Part shown: one piece after another, positions 18,587 to 27,973 of the stretch
Position numbering within the stretch: position 1 is the stretch's first letter
Layout of the letters: every line of letters starts with the position of its first letter
Assembly (NCBI GenBank): GCA_965371785.1
Contig: CBDUZS010000001.1
Span: 5,297-69,296 of the forward strand
Reading direction: 5' to 3'
DNA length: 64,000 nt
Origin: an uncultured bacterium
GTDB lineage: Bacteria > Fermentibacterota > Fermentibacteria > Fermentibacterales > JCC-6
Position numbers and translations under genes: made by a program
The notes under the pieces: generated by a model
Told to the model about the DNA's origin: nothing
Seen by the model: the letters and a program-made list of their open reading frames with translations, nothing else
Database searches by the model: none

Positions 18587-19972
18587 ATGCTTTGCATCAT
18601 TCTTGCTATCAGTATCAGCTCGCCTGGAATTGAGATCCTGGACCAGCATCCTGATGAATGGCTCGCTGATGGCTGGGCGATCACTGGAGAAACGATGATT
18701 GACCCGACTGACTACTTTGAAACCCTGACTTTCCCTCCAGCCGACCTCCTGCAATGCAACACCTCCTTCATAGAATCAAACGGTACTCATCTCTGGCGAG
18801 TAATAATGTTGTTTGATGGGAAGTGCGTTGCACTACTGGAAGAAGAAGGTGATCCTCGGATATACATGGTGGAAGGCAACAAGCTATCAACCTCTATTGA
18901 TTGCAGTTATACTGTTGTGAGTAGTCACGATGCAACTAGGCCCTGGTTCGTTGTTGATGTTCAAAGTGATTCAACTTATTACTTCACTGTTGATCCTGAA
19001 TACGCAACTGATTTCATGTGTCCGATGGCCACGTACATAAACAGTGATGGTTTGATCGTGGGCATCATGACAGCACCGGTCAATCCCACATTAAGCCGTC
19101 TATTCGTTCCTGACGATAACATTCTGAAATATGTGAGATCAACTCAAGGACCAACTCACGGAGGTATCGACTACACTTCTGACAGTAGCCTTTTCGCAGT
19201 GATAACGAGCACAACCGAGGGTAGGAAACTCGTAGCATTTGACTGGGAGATGAACGAGTTGTGGACTGCAAGCGTAGGAAACGCAACCCGACCTGCATCA
19301 ACTGAGCTCTCAGTTTCCTATGACGGCTCAGTACTTGCTGCTGAATGGTTTGATGGATTTATCGAGAACGATGGATTAGCTGTGTTTGATGGTAACACTG
19401 GGGCTTTACTGGCTAGGTTCCAGGATGGTGGAACCTTATCTTCGGTTATTGTTTCACCCTCGGGATCATATATCGGCATGACTGTTTATCATTTGCCAGA
19501 CTACATCATTGATGGTGATTCAACTCTGATCATAGCTGAGAATACAGTTATCGAAGGCTACAATTGGATTACCCAATTTGAGGGGGAATTAGCTATTCTA
19601 GCACCGCATGATTCAAATACACAGGTCCTCAGAACTTGTTATTCGGATATGTATATCATGCCAATCCTACATGGAATTGGGGACGATAGATCAGCACTAA
19701 TCGAACTAAGCAATAGGACTTCTGAAATCGATAATGGCATAGTTAGTGCGTATAAGCGCTTGGCTATTCTGAATCCAGAAGGGAATCCAATCTGGGCCAG
19801 CAATCCTGTATCCCGTATGTCAGTCTATTTTACTTACCGCGGGCCAACCTTTACCAGGTATTCGCATGATCCAGTCATTAACTTCTGTAGGACTGATGAT
19901 AGCTACAGGGTGATTTGTACATCAGATGATGGGCTGACCATCAAGATAGTCACGCTCTCTCAAACCTACTGA
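18587..19972 (+). CDS. Exported hypothetical protein, possibly a beta-propeller
   Basis: 461-aa ORF in AT-richer DNA; hydrophobic N-terminus; blade-like motifs LSVSYDGSVLAA, VIVSPSGSYIG, AVFDGNTGALL. Confidence 0.65.
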   Translation: MLCIILAISISSPGIEILDQHPDEWLADGWAITGETMIDPTDYFETLTFPPADLLQCNTSFIESNGTHLWRVIMLFDGKCVALLEEEGDPRIYMVEGNKLSTSIDCSYTVVSSHDATRPWFVVDVQSDSTYYFTVDPEYATDFMCPMATYINSDGLIVGIMTAPVNPTLSRLFVPDDNILKYVRSTQGPTHGGIDYTSDSSLFAVITSTTEGRKLVAFDWEMNELWTASVGNATRPASTELSVSYDGSVLAAEWFDGFIENDGLAVFDGNTGALLARFQDGGTLSSVIVSPSGSYIGMTVYHLPDYIIDGDSTLIIAENTVIEGYNWITQFEGELAILAPHDSNTQVLRTCYSDMYIMPILHGIGDDRSALIELSNRTSEIDNGIVSAYKRLAILNPEGNPIWASNPVSRMSVYFTYRGPTFTRYSHDPVINFCRTDDSYRVICTSDDGLTIKIVTLSQTY

Positions 19973-19997
19973 TCAGGTTCCCACCAGCAAGTTGAGA

Positions 19998-20025
19998 GGT
20001 TCTAAATGCATCCACTACGGGGTGG
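19998..20025 (+). repeat. Cassette-boundary repeat R3 (28 bp)
   Basis: GGTTCTAAATGCATCCACTACGGGGTGG, 24/28 identical to R2, located between convergent stops. Confidence 0.85.
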
Positions 20026-20062
20026 GCAGTGTTGCGTCAGAAAGAGATCTTTAGTTTGCTGA

Positions 20063-20587
20063 TCATGGCCACCAATTTTCTTGAGCGCTTACTTGATACC
20101 AGATGTGCCATTCATCGTCTGAATCAGGTCTACAGATGTATTGCTCATTACCTGATGCTATACGACCTTCATACGGACCACTACTACTCTGATAGTAGGC
20201 AATGACATTGAATGCTCTTGGCAATTCGAGAGATTGTCCGGTCGAGTCACCTGACCAGGGCCACTCCGCACTACCTGAAAATGTCATATCGATGGCACTG
20301 AAAACCTCGAAAAGGTCTGCAAACCACTCCATCTCCTGTGCACGATCCCACACAATGCCCGGTGGAGAACCTACGGCAAACTGGTGAGTGAAGTCCTCTG
20401 AGAGAGTCATATTGACAAGGTTGAGATCCATCGTGTTGTATGCGTAGTCCAGGTTCTCAACGGCTTTCCAGGCAGAGTCTACTGGGGAATGAGGAAGATC
20501 AGGTGGTGAGACTCCAGTCGTATCGGTACTGCAACCGAAGCCAATCAACGATAGGGTGCTGGTGAATATCACAATACTACGCTGCAT
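20063..20587 (-). CDS. Lipoprotein, NTF2-like; homologous to 52880-53491
   Basis: ATG 20587 follows GGAG; lipobox IGFGC; AVENLDYAYN...LSEDFTHQF...WDRAQE...EWHIW. Confidence 0.7.
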   Translation of the reverse strand: MQRSIVIFTSTLSLIGFGCSTDTTGVSPPDLPHSPVDSAWKAVENLDYAYNTMDLNLVNMTLSEDFTHQFAVGSPPGIVWDRAQEMEWFADLFEVFSAIDMTFSGSAEWPWSGDSTGQSLELPRAFNVIAYYQSSSGPYEGRIASGNEQYICRPDSDDEWHIWYQVSAQENWWP

Positions 20588-20638
20588 TAAGTGCTCCCAT
20601 CCGGTCACACTATGTTATCTAGTCGAAGCATAAGCCAA

Positions 20639-20666
20639 AGTTCGAAAAGTACCCACTACTGGGTGC
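20639..20666 (+). repeat. Cassette-boundary repeat R4 (28 bp)
   Basis: AGTTCGAAAAGTACCCACTACTGGGTGC, 23/28 identical to R2. Confidence 0.85.
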
Positions 20667-20765
20667 CAGATATATCCCTTGCCATTCGCGACGCCAGTGA
20701 CTTCACGGCAACGTAGAACAAGGCAGGGAGACCAGTCCTCTTCTCATGGCCCTATCATCCAGTCC

Positions 20766-20794
20766 TTGACGCGGTTCCGATGTGCCACTACAAT
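20766..20794 (+). promoter_or_regulatory. Sigma70-type promoter
   Basis: TTGACG-17 bp-TACAAT upstream of the 88-aa ORF. Confidence 0.65.
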
Positions 20795-20883
20795 GATTAA
20801 GGAACGTTACCTCACGAGCGAAACACATCACAGCAGTGTGATTCATATACAGAAGTAAACATAACCGGAGAGGAGAGTCTGCA

Positions 20884-21150
20884 GTGGCAGAGAATGTAAA
20901 CGAGTGTGCGCAGAGAGTCAGAGCATCAGAGTGTATTCATCTCAGAGAGGAAGTCAGGATAATACCTGGCGTGCGCAAGAAAATGCTGGTGGGCAGATGC
21001 CTGCTGAAGAAAAGAGACAGTGAGGCCAGGGCCGAGATAACCAAGGCTATGCAGAACGTATGGGCTACGGACAAGGACCATCCTGACTGCTGGGTATTCG
21101 CAACCGGTAGATGGGAAACCTGCCCCAGGTACACACCGCCGTCAGTGTAG
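20884..21150 (+). CDS. Small Cys-containing hypothetical protein (88 aa)
   Basis: Near-consensus promoter, GGAGAGGAG RBS and GTG start; fills the intergenic space. Confidence 0.6.
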   Translation: MAENVNECAQRVRASECIHLREEVRIIPGVRKKMLVGRCLLKKRDSEARAEITKAMQNVWATDKDHPDCWVFATGRWETCPRYTPPSV

Positions 21151-21219
21151 GCTTCAAGAGGTAGATCAACTCACATCGTGCTTCAGAGAGAATCTGACAT
21201 CCGGATTAGAGCAAGGCCG

Positions 21220-23193
21220 TTACCTCAGCAGTATCATGGACACCGCAACGGAGTTACCCGGTACTTCAAGGCTGACCAGGTAAACACCTGAAGGAAGGTC
21301 GGTATCCAGGCTCAGGGCAGAAGGCTGATCTAACTGGAATTCCAGGAGCAGTCGGCCGGTCAGGCCGTATATCCTGACACAGGCATTTCCCGTAAAGCCA
21401 CTTGTGTTGATGACTACCGTCCCCTGTGCGGGATTGGGTACGATACTCACGCCTAAACCTTCAGCGGACGTCCCGATGACATCGTCTTCGATTCCCTGCG
21501 GTGCAATGAGGTTGTCGATGATCTCGATGATCTGGTGAGGATCGTATTCGTCAGACCAGTAGCGGACGTATCCATCCTGATCGATGATGTAGTCCTGCGG
21601 GTAGGGAGCCTGTGGATTTGGAACGCGATACACCTGGTATACGCTCCCGCCGGGATCAACCAGACCGATGAAACGCTGACCGAACACATCGATGAACTCG
21701 TTCAGCTGGCTCAGGCTGGTTCCGAGCTCGAAGATGACTACCTGCGAAGTGTCGTAACGGGTGAATATCGAAGCATCAGTAGCCGCAGCCTGCGGCCCGC
21801 AGAGTGGTCACCAGGCTCCGCCGAATTCGAGAAACACCACCTTGCCCTGATAATCGGAAAGGGTGTGTGACAGACCATCCGTTCCCGCAAGTGTAAAATC
21901 GGGTGCGAGTGAGCCGAACTGCGGGAAAGAAAAGTTATTCTTGTAGACTTCCTGTGTCCTGCCAGGTTCATCGGGATCATCGGAATGGTATGTGATGTAT
22001 CCTGACGTCGTTTCGGACCCTGAAGCGGTTACGGTTACCTCGATGGAATCTCCCGGTGAGAGAATGAAGGAGCCGGGACTTACGGAAATGCCGGACGGGG
22101 TGGTTATCGATGTAACAGTCAACGATCCGGCTCCGGTGTTCCGAACGGCAAGGGAAGTATCTCTGGAGCTGAACACCGGTCCGAAGTCGAGAACCTGGTG
22201 CTCCAGATCGATGTCGCCGCCGGTATCTGCTCCCGTATCGTATAGCAGCACTGGAATCCAGCCGGCGGAGCCTATCAGCCCATCATCCCGGATGTCGGCA
22301 CCAAGCGCCCACACTGGAGTGTTGTCCCAGCCTGCTCTCTCAATGGCATCAGGATTCGATACATCGAAGAGCTCGAGAACGTACCAGGAACCTGTGGCAA
22401 CCATGTGCCCCGCAATACCGCTGCTCCAGACGCTTCCGGCTGAAGGCGCGGTATCCCGGAGAACCGGATTGCAGGGATCGGAGATATCGACTGTCGCCAG
22501 GCCGTCGATTCCGAGAGATATGGCCAGTACGTCACCGTCGATGACGAGATCGTTGGCACAGCCCGGCAGGGATAGAGTCGCAACCTCCTGCAGACCTCCC
22601 TGCGTGTCCAGCACGCTCAGACCGAAACGGCCATTCGCCACGAAGAGGAAGGAATCTCTGTATGCGATATTCCATGCGTTTACACTGTCGGGGGCGAACT
22701 CGCCTACTTTAAGGGGACTTCCCGGGTTACTGACATCGACCAGGTAAATGCCGTTCTGATGTGCAGCACAGTAGAGAGTATCACCTACAAGGACTCCGCC
22801 CTCCAGAAGTTCTGCCGGACCCGGCGGATTGTACTGCCCGATCTGAGTGGGAGAGCTTCCGGAGATGTCGAACAGGGTCACACCATCGTCGCGGCAGTAC
22901 ATGACCAGTAGAGTATCCCCGTACGACTGGCTGCGCCATGCAGCGGGACCGCCTGAAAATATCTGAACAGGATTGGCCGGGTCTGAAATGTCAAAAGCTT
23001 CGAGCCCGGATGATGATGTGGCTACTGAAACGTATGCACGATCACCGACGACCTCGCAATCCATTCGATGACCGACTCCTGCAGGGGTGACTGACCCCTG
23101 GAATTCGAGACCATCCACGCTTCCGAGGAAGATCGCGGGCATGAGCAGCAATACAAACGTAATCACTCCGACACCTTTCCGGTAAGCAGGCAT
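21220..23193 (-). CDS. Secreted selenoprotein (657 aa): LVIVD-like propeller, Ig domain, AhpC/TSA redoxin (UxxC) and T9SS-like C-terminal domain
   Basis: ORFs 21808-23193 and 21220-21687 are in the same frame, and the only stop between them is TGA 21808-21810. Read-through gives APDFTL...LSDYQGKVVFLEFGGAW-U-PLCGPQAAA...PYPQDYIIDQDGYVRY...VPNPAQG...LPSGVYLV. Confidence 0.85.
21781..21797 (-). promoter_or_regulatory. Putative bacterial SECIS element
   Basis: mRNA UGA-CCACUCUGCG-GGCCGCA-GGC-UGCGGCU: a 17-nt hairpin with a G-containing loop, 10-11 nt after the UGA. Confidence 0.7.
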
Positions 23194-23315
23194 GGTGAAT
23201 ATACCCTACTATCTGACTCAAGAAAGCAGACAGTGAAGAGAACGGAGAACTGCAGCAGAAGTTCCGCGGCTGCATCCGGCACAGCTTCCCACAACACAGC
23301 GGGACACGGTGAGGG

Positions 23316-23351
23316 AAAAAAGCTCCCGCAGCCTCGAGACTGCGGGAGCTT
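23316..23351 (-). terminator. Intrinsic terminator of pckA
   Basis: Stem AAGCTCCCGCAG/CTGCGGGAGCTT with a U-tract on the minus strand. Confidence 0.85.
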
Positions 23352-23369
23352 ACCGTCAGATATGGAAGT

Positions 23370-25025
23370 TTACCTTCCGGGGCACTCCCTTGCGATTTTA
23401 TCCGCGATGCCCTTGTCGGCATAAGCCTTCTCGAAGTGGGCGGCGAAATCGGAGGTGAGCTTCTCGGCGCGTGCCCTGTAAGCCTCTTTGTCCTCCCACG
23501 TGTTGATTGGATCCAGCATCGAGTTGTCAGGCAGACCGGGACAGTTGTCCGGAACCATGACCTTGAAGAATGGATCCTGATGGAAAGTGACGTCTTTCAG
23601 AGAGCCTGAGAGTGCTGCGTTGACCATTATCCTGGTCAGGGGAAGCTTGATTCTCGAGCCGACACCGTAGGGGCCGCCGCTCCAGCCGGTGTTGATCAGG
23701 TAAACCTCTGAGCCGTGCTTCTCCATGCGGTCACCGAGCATCGTTGCGTAGATATCCGGATTCCTCGGCATGAATGGCTCTCCGAAGAACCGTGAGAAGG
23801 TGCTCACAGGCTCCTTTATCCCGGTCTCCGTACCAGCCAGCTTGCTGGTGTATCCCATGAGGAACCAGAGCATTGCCTGCTCCTTGGTGAGCTTCGAGAC
23901 CGGTGGGATCACTCCGTTTGCATCCGCCGTAAGGAAGAGAATCGTCTTCGGATGATCGGCAACGGATGCTTCCTTTATGTTGCTCAGGTACCGAAGCGGA
24001 TACGATCCGCGGGAGTTAGGAGTGAACCTGTCGTCGTAGAGATCGAACTGCCCGTCGGGATAGATCATCGCGTTCTCGATGATTGCGCCGTGTGCTCTGT
24101 AATCATCCTTGTGGAAGCATGCCTTGTGGATCTCGGGTTCGTTCTCGAGGCTGAGATCTATGAGCTTGGCGTAGCATCCGTTCTCGAAATTGGCAATGCC
24201 ATGATCGCTCCAGCCGTGCTCGTCGTCACCGAGGAGGGCTCTCGAAGCATCGGCTGACAGGGTGGTTTTCCCCGTGCCCGAAAGACCGAGCAGAAGGGCG
24301 CTTCTGCCGTCTGGACCTTCGTTCGCGCTGCAGTGGATGGGAAGTATTCCTTCTGTGGGAAGCATGTAGTTCATCACCGAGAACATTAGCTTCTTCACGC
24401 TTCCGCAGTAGGCTGATCCGAAAACGAGACCGAGCCTGCGGTCGAAGTCGATTCCGACGATCATGGTCGATGTGTGGCCAAGTCTCGGATCGATTCTGAG
24501 CCTGCCCTCGTACTTCTTCGGGTCGAGCTTGTGGTACGGAAGCACGACGATTGTGAAGGGCTTGTCCTTGAAACAGCTCTTTGCAGCAACCTCAGGGGAT
24601 GAAGGTCTGAACATGTTGTCGGTGAACAGAACGGTAAGCGCCATATCGGATATCGTTCTGACCGGAAGCGCAGATCTTGCATCGGCGCCGATAACTCTAT
24701 CGGTTACGTAGACTTTGTCTAACGTACCGAGCAGATCCATCGCGTCCTCGAATGCCATATCAAAGGTCTCAGGGTCTACCGGAATGTTGTTCGGGCTTGT
24801 CCAGTCAATGGTGTCCTGGCTCTCCGGACGTTTCACGGACAGAGTATCCTTGGGACTTCTTCCGGTCGATTCCTGCGGGGTCCAGGTTGCGAGTGCACCG
24901 CAGGCACTCACGATAACTTCACCGTTCTCCACGGCTTCCCGGATCATCTGTTCGCGGCTGATGTTGTGTCGAACGCAGTCTCTCTCGGTAAGAAGCTCTG
25001 ACAGTCTCTCCTGAAAGGTCATCAT
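23370..25025 (-). CDS. pckA: Phosphoenolpyruvate carboxykinase (ATP)
   Basis: TGRSPKD, HCSAN, GLSGTGKTTLS, LGDDEHGW, NFENGCYAK, YLINTGW. Confidence 0.95.
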   Translation of the reverse strand: MMTFQERLSELLTERDCVRHNISREQMIREAVENGEVIVSACGALATWTPQESTGRSPKDTLSVKRPESQDTIDWTSPNNIPVDPETFDMAFEDAMDLLGTLDKVYVTDRVIGADARSALPVRTISDMALTVLFTDNMFRPSSPEVAAKSCFKDKPFTIVVLPYHKLDPKKYEGRLRIDPRLGHTSTMIVGIDFDRRLGLVFGSAYCGSVKKLMFSVMNYMLPTEGILPIHCSANEGPDGRSALLLGLSGTGKTTLSADASRALLGDDEHGWSDHGIANFENGCYAKLIDLSLENEPEIHKACFHKDDYRAHGAIIENAMIYPDGQFDLYDDRFTPNSRGSYPLRYLSNIKEASVADHPKTILFLTADANGVIPPVSKLTKEQAMLWFLMGYTSKLAGTETGIKEPVSTFSRFFGEPFMPRNPDIYATMLGDRMEKHGSEVYLINTGWSGGPYGVGSRIKLPLTRIMVNAALSGSLKDVTFHQDPFFKVMVPDNCPGLPDNSMLDPINTWEDKEAYRARAEKLTSDFAAHFEKAYADKGIADKIARECPGR

Positions 25026-25151
25026 ACCCTCCGACTGATTGGGTTTATATTCACGGGAATGTGAAGCATAAATAGAAAATATTCACAGGCCAAGTAGGAG
25101 TTTTCATACCGGAACGGTATGGGTATCAAGCAGCTTTCAGACGGAGGAGCA

Positions 25152-25856
25152 TTGCTCGCACGGCTGGTTCTCTTCGACGTTGATATGACGCTCCTCTGGA
25201 CAAGAGGTGCAGGAACAAGGGCTATCGGTAAAGCTCTTGAATCGATGGCGGGGAAAGCGGATGGCTTCAGAAACGTGGAGTTCGCGGGAAGAACCGATCT
25301 GCTGATAAGCCGTGACGGGCTTGTCCGCTCCGGTCTTGAACCCTCCAGCGAGAACATGACACTGATCCGGAGTAACTACCTCAGATTCCTTGCCCTGGAA
25401 CTCTCCTCCCATTCGTGTGAAGCAAGCTCCTTGCCGGGAGTACCCGAGCTTCTCGAAGACCTGAGGGAAGAGCCTTCCTGCAGTTTCGGGCTTCTCACAG
25501 GAAACTGGAGGGAGGGCGCCTGGCTGAAGCTTTCACGGTGTGACCTGGACGGGTACTTCTCCTTTGGTTCGTTTGCCGAGGACGGCAACGAACGGATCGA
25601 ACTCGTTCCACCGGTTCTCGAGAAGGCGGCTTTCATGACAGGTGTCGAATTCGAGCCTGACTGCATATGGATCGTCGGAGACACACCGCACGATATCATG
25701 TGCGCTTCCCACTACGGCTATCGCTCGGTGGGAGTTGCCACGGGTCCCTATTCGAAGGAAGCCCTGGAGGCGTCGGGAGCAACGGCGGTATTCGACGATC
25801 TGAGCGATACCGATGCATTCATACGTCTCATCTCAACTCGTGGTTCCCCTTCATGA
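25152..25856 (+). CDS. HAD-superfamily hydrolase (phosphoglycolate phosphatase-like)
   Basis: LFDVDMTLL, AGRTD, LLTGN, IVGDTPHDI, VATG. TTG start follows GGAGG. Confidence 0.85.
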   Translation: MLARLVLFDVDMTLLWTRGAGTRAIGKALESMAGKADGFRNVEFAGRTDLLISRDGLVRSGLEPSSENMTLIRSNYLRFLALELSSHSCEASSLPGVPELLEDLREEPSCSFGLLTGNWREGAWLKLSRCDLDGYFSFGSFAEDGNERIELVPPVLEKAAFMTGVEFEPDCIWIVGDTPHDIMCASHYGYRSVGVATGPYSKEALEASGATAVFDDLSDTDAFIRLISTRGSPS

Positions 25857-27139
25857 AGAAGCTCAGCCCGATCACTGCCTGGTGCATGTACGACTGGGCG
25901 AATTCAGCATTCGTCACCACCATTGTTGCCGCAGTTCTGCCCGTATACTTCGCAGAGGTTGTCTGCAGCGGGAATCCAGTCACCTGGAGTTTGTTCGGCC
26001 AGGAGATAGTCAGCAAGGCTCCCTCTCTCTGGGGTTATGCCATGGCACTTGCAGCCTTTCTCGTGGCGATTTTCTCACCGGTATTCGGAGCCGCGGCTGA
26101 TGCTGGAGGCCGAAGGAAGCAGTTCCTCGGAATTCTGACAGGTGTCGGGATACTCTCTTCCATCCTTCTCTTCACCGTTGGAAAGGGAGACGTCTGGCAG
26201 GTTCTGGGAATTCTCGTACTCGGCCAGGTCGGCTTTGCCGGCGCAAACGTATTCTACAACTCACTACTCATAACGGTTGCCCCTCCCGGCGAGCGGGACG
26301 TAGTCTCTTCACGAGGATTTGCCTACGGGTACCTCGGGGGAGGGCTTCTTCTAGCTCTCAATCTCTTCATGATCAAGAGCCCCGGCACTTTCGGGCTAGC
26401 TGACTCGGGCATCGCGGTAAGAACGACCTTCCTGACAGTGGCCGCCTGGTGGGCTCTTTTTTCCATACCTCTCTTCAGAACGGTTCCTGAAGCGCGGACA
26501 GGGAGAGAAAAATCGTTTGCGAGCTCTTTCTCGACCGGTCTGAAAGCGCTGAAATCCACGTTTCGCAACCTGAGGGAACAGAAAAACATATTCCGGTTCC
26601 TTATCTCCTACCTCATATACAACGACGGAATTCAGACCGTGATAATGATGGCTGTCATCTTTGGAAAATCGGAGATGGGACTCGATGCTGCCCAGTTGAT
26701 AACCGCCATCCTTCTCACACAGGCGGTGGGAGTTCCAGGCAGCATTCTCTTCGGAAAATCGGCAAGACGCTTCGGCGCAAAGAAGATGCTGCTGATTGGA
26801 ATTGGTTTCTACATCCTTATCATTATCTTTGCCTTCAGAATGCACAGCGCTGTCGAATTCATGGTCCTTGCGGGAATGGTGGGATTTTTCCAGGGGGGAA
26901 TACAGGCGGTCAGCAGAAGCTTCTACGCATCGATGATCCCTTCGGGGATGAGCGCGGAGTACTTCGGTTTCTTCTCCGTGTCCTCCAGGTTTGCGAGCAT
27001 CTTCGGCCCCCTTATCTTTGCCGTGATAGCTGACCTCACAGGCAGCGCAAGGACCTCCATCCTGGCACTGGCCTTCATATTCATCGCTGGTGGTTGTGTT
27101 CTATGGAATGTCAGAACCGGAAGTGAAGAAGAGGTATGA
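25853..27139 (+). CDS. MFS transporter (UMF1/BtlA-like)
   Basis: AWCMYDWANSAF, YGYLGGG, IYNDG, QAVSRSFY, EYFGFF; about 12 hydrophobic segments. Confidence 0.88.
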   Translation: MKKLSPITAWCMYDWANSAFVTTIVAAVLPVYFAEVVCSGNPVTWSLFGQEIVSKAPSLWGYAMALAAFLVAIFSPVFGAAADAGGRRKQFLGILTGVGILSSILLFTVGKGDVWQVLGILVLGQVGFAGANVFYNSLLITVAPPGERDVVSSRGFAYGYLGGGLLLALNLFMIKSPGTFGLADSGIAVRTTFLTVAAWWALFSIPLFRTVPEARTGREKSFASSFSTGLKALKSTFRNLREQKNIFRFLISYLIYNDGIQTVIMMAVIFGKSEMGLDAAQLITAILLTQAVGVPGSILFGKSARRFGAKKMLLIGIGFYILIIIFAFRMHSAVEFMVLAGMVGFFQGGIQAVSRSFYASMIPSGMSAEYFGFFSVSSRFASIFGPLIFAVIADLTGSARTSILALAFIFIAGGCVLWNVRTGSEEEV

Positions 27140-27972
27140 GTATTGCGATTGTGGTTTGCCTGTTCCTGCTCGTAGCAGAGGAAGCGTTTCACCAGTTCTA
27201 TCGTCGGACAGGGCTGCTCAACACCACTGGAAGCGTAGACCCCGTCGACTCCGGTAAGCAGAGAACCGCCACGCGCAGACTTGCCCTGATCAGATGGCTT
27301 CAACTCGTTGCAATGGGTGTCCTTTTCATCGCCGCAGGAGACCAGACGAACTCCGGTTTTCTCGTATGCGCAAAAGGTCAGACGGTTGCCGTTATCGCTG
27401 CAATGCAGGTATTTCGAATCATCGGCAGGAGAATCATCAGCAGGTGGATCGTTCTTGGTGTTCTTCAGCTTCAGCAAGTCGTTCTTCTGGTCACGCTCCC
27501 GTTGACGAAAACGCTTGATTCGCTCGGGGGAATCGAACCCGTTCACTCCGTTACACTCTGGATGTCCGGACTATCGGGTGTCGTCGCCGGAGCGGTGCTG
27601 GCAATCGCCTTCAGCTTCAGCGTAACCTATCTGCTCCGCCTCTGGAGCGGAGAGAAGAACAGTCATTTCGATGATTACCCGCCACTGGTCTATTCGGAGG
27701 CCTGGACCAGAAGGCTCACCATCATGGCACTGCTTCCCGTGTTCATAACCGTAGCAGGGCTATCGATTCTCTCAGCGGCCAGGCACATGCTGGAACCGGC
27801 GCTGATTCCAGCCGTTCTGGTTCTTGCCTGCCTTACGGTCGCACTCGATCTGTTCAGGAACAAGCGCGGATTCCATCATCCTGCAGCAAACATCCTTACA
27901 ACCATCAGTGTGCTGATCGTCTTCATTGCATCCCTAACGGGTTATACGACCTTCAGCGGTTCCTGGGGCTGA
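27136..27972 (+). CDS. Integral membrane protein of unknown function
   Basis: Multiple hydrophobic segments; ATGA coupling to the MFS gene. Confidence 0.6.
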   Translation: MSIAIVVCLFLLVAEEAFHQFYRRTGLLNTTGSVDPVDSGKQRTATRRLALIRWLQLVAMGVLFIAAGDQTNSGFLVCAKGQTVAVIAAMQVFRIIGRRIISRWIVLGVLQLQQVVLLVTLPLTKTLDSLGGIEPVHSVTLWMSGLSGVVAGAVLAIAFSFSVTYLLRLWSGEKNSHFDDYPPLVYSEAWTRRLTIMALLPVFITVAGLSILSAARHMLEPALIPAVLVLACLTVALDLFRNKRGFHHPAANILTTISVLIVFIASLTGYTTFSGSWG

Positions 27973-27973
27973 T

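Noticed and set aside
16859-20666. CRISPR interpretation of the 28-bp repeats
   Set aside because: The intervals are 0.6-1.6 kb and contain whole genes; there are no cas genes.
16859-20666. Classical integron attC array
   Set aside because: The sites lack the RYYYAAC...GTTRRRY long-hairpin architecture, are only 28 bp, and no intI is present.
21220-21687. Separate 155-aa gene from the ORF track
   Set aside because: It is the in-frame C-terminal part of the selenoprotein and starts mid-domain.
21808-21810. Genome-wide TGA reassignment (code 4/25)
   Set aside because: Many conserved genes (cobB, rlmN, clpP, pal) end at TGA at their expected lengths, so read-through is site-specific.
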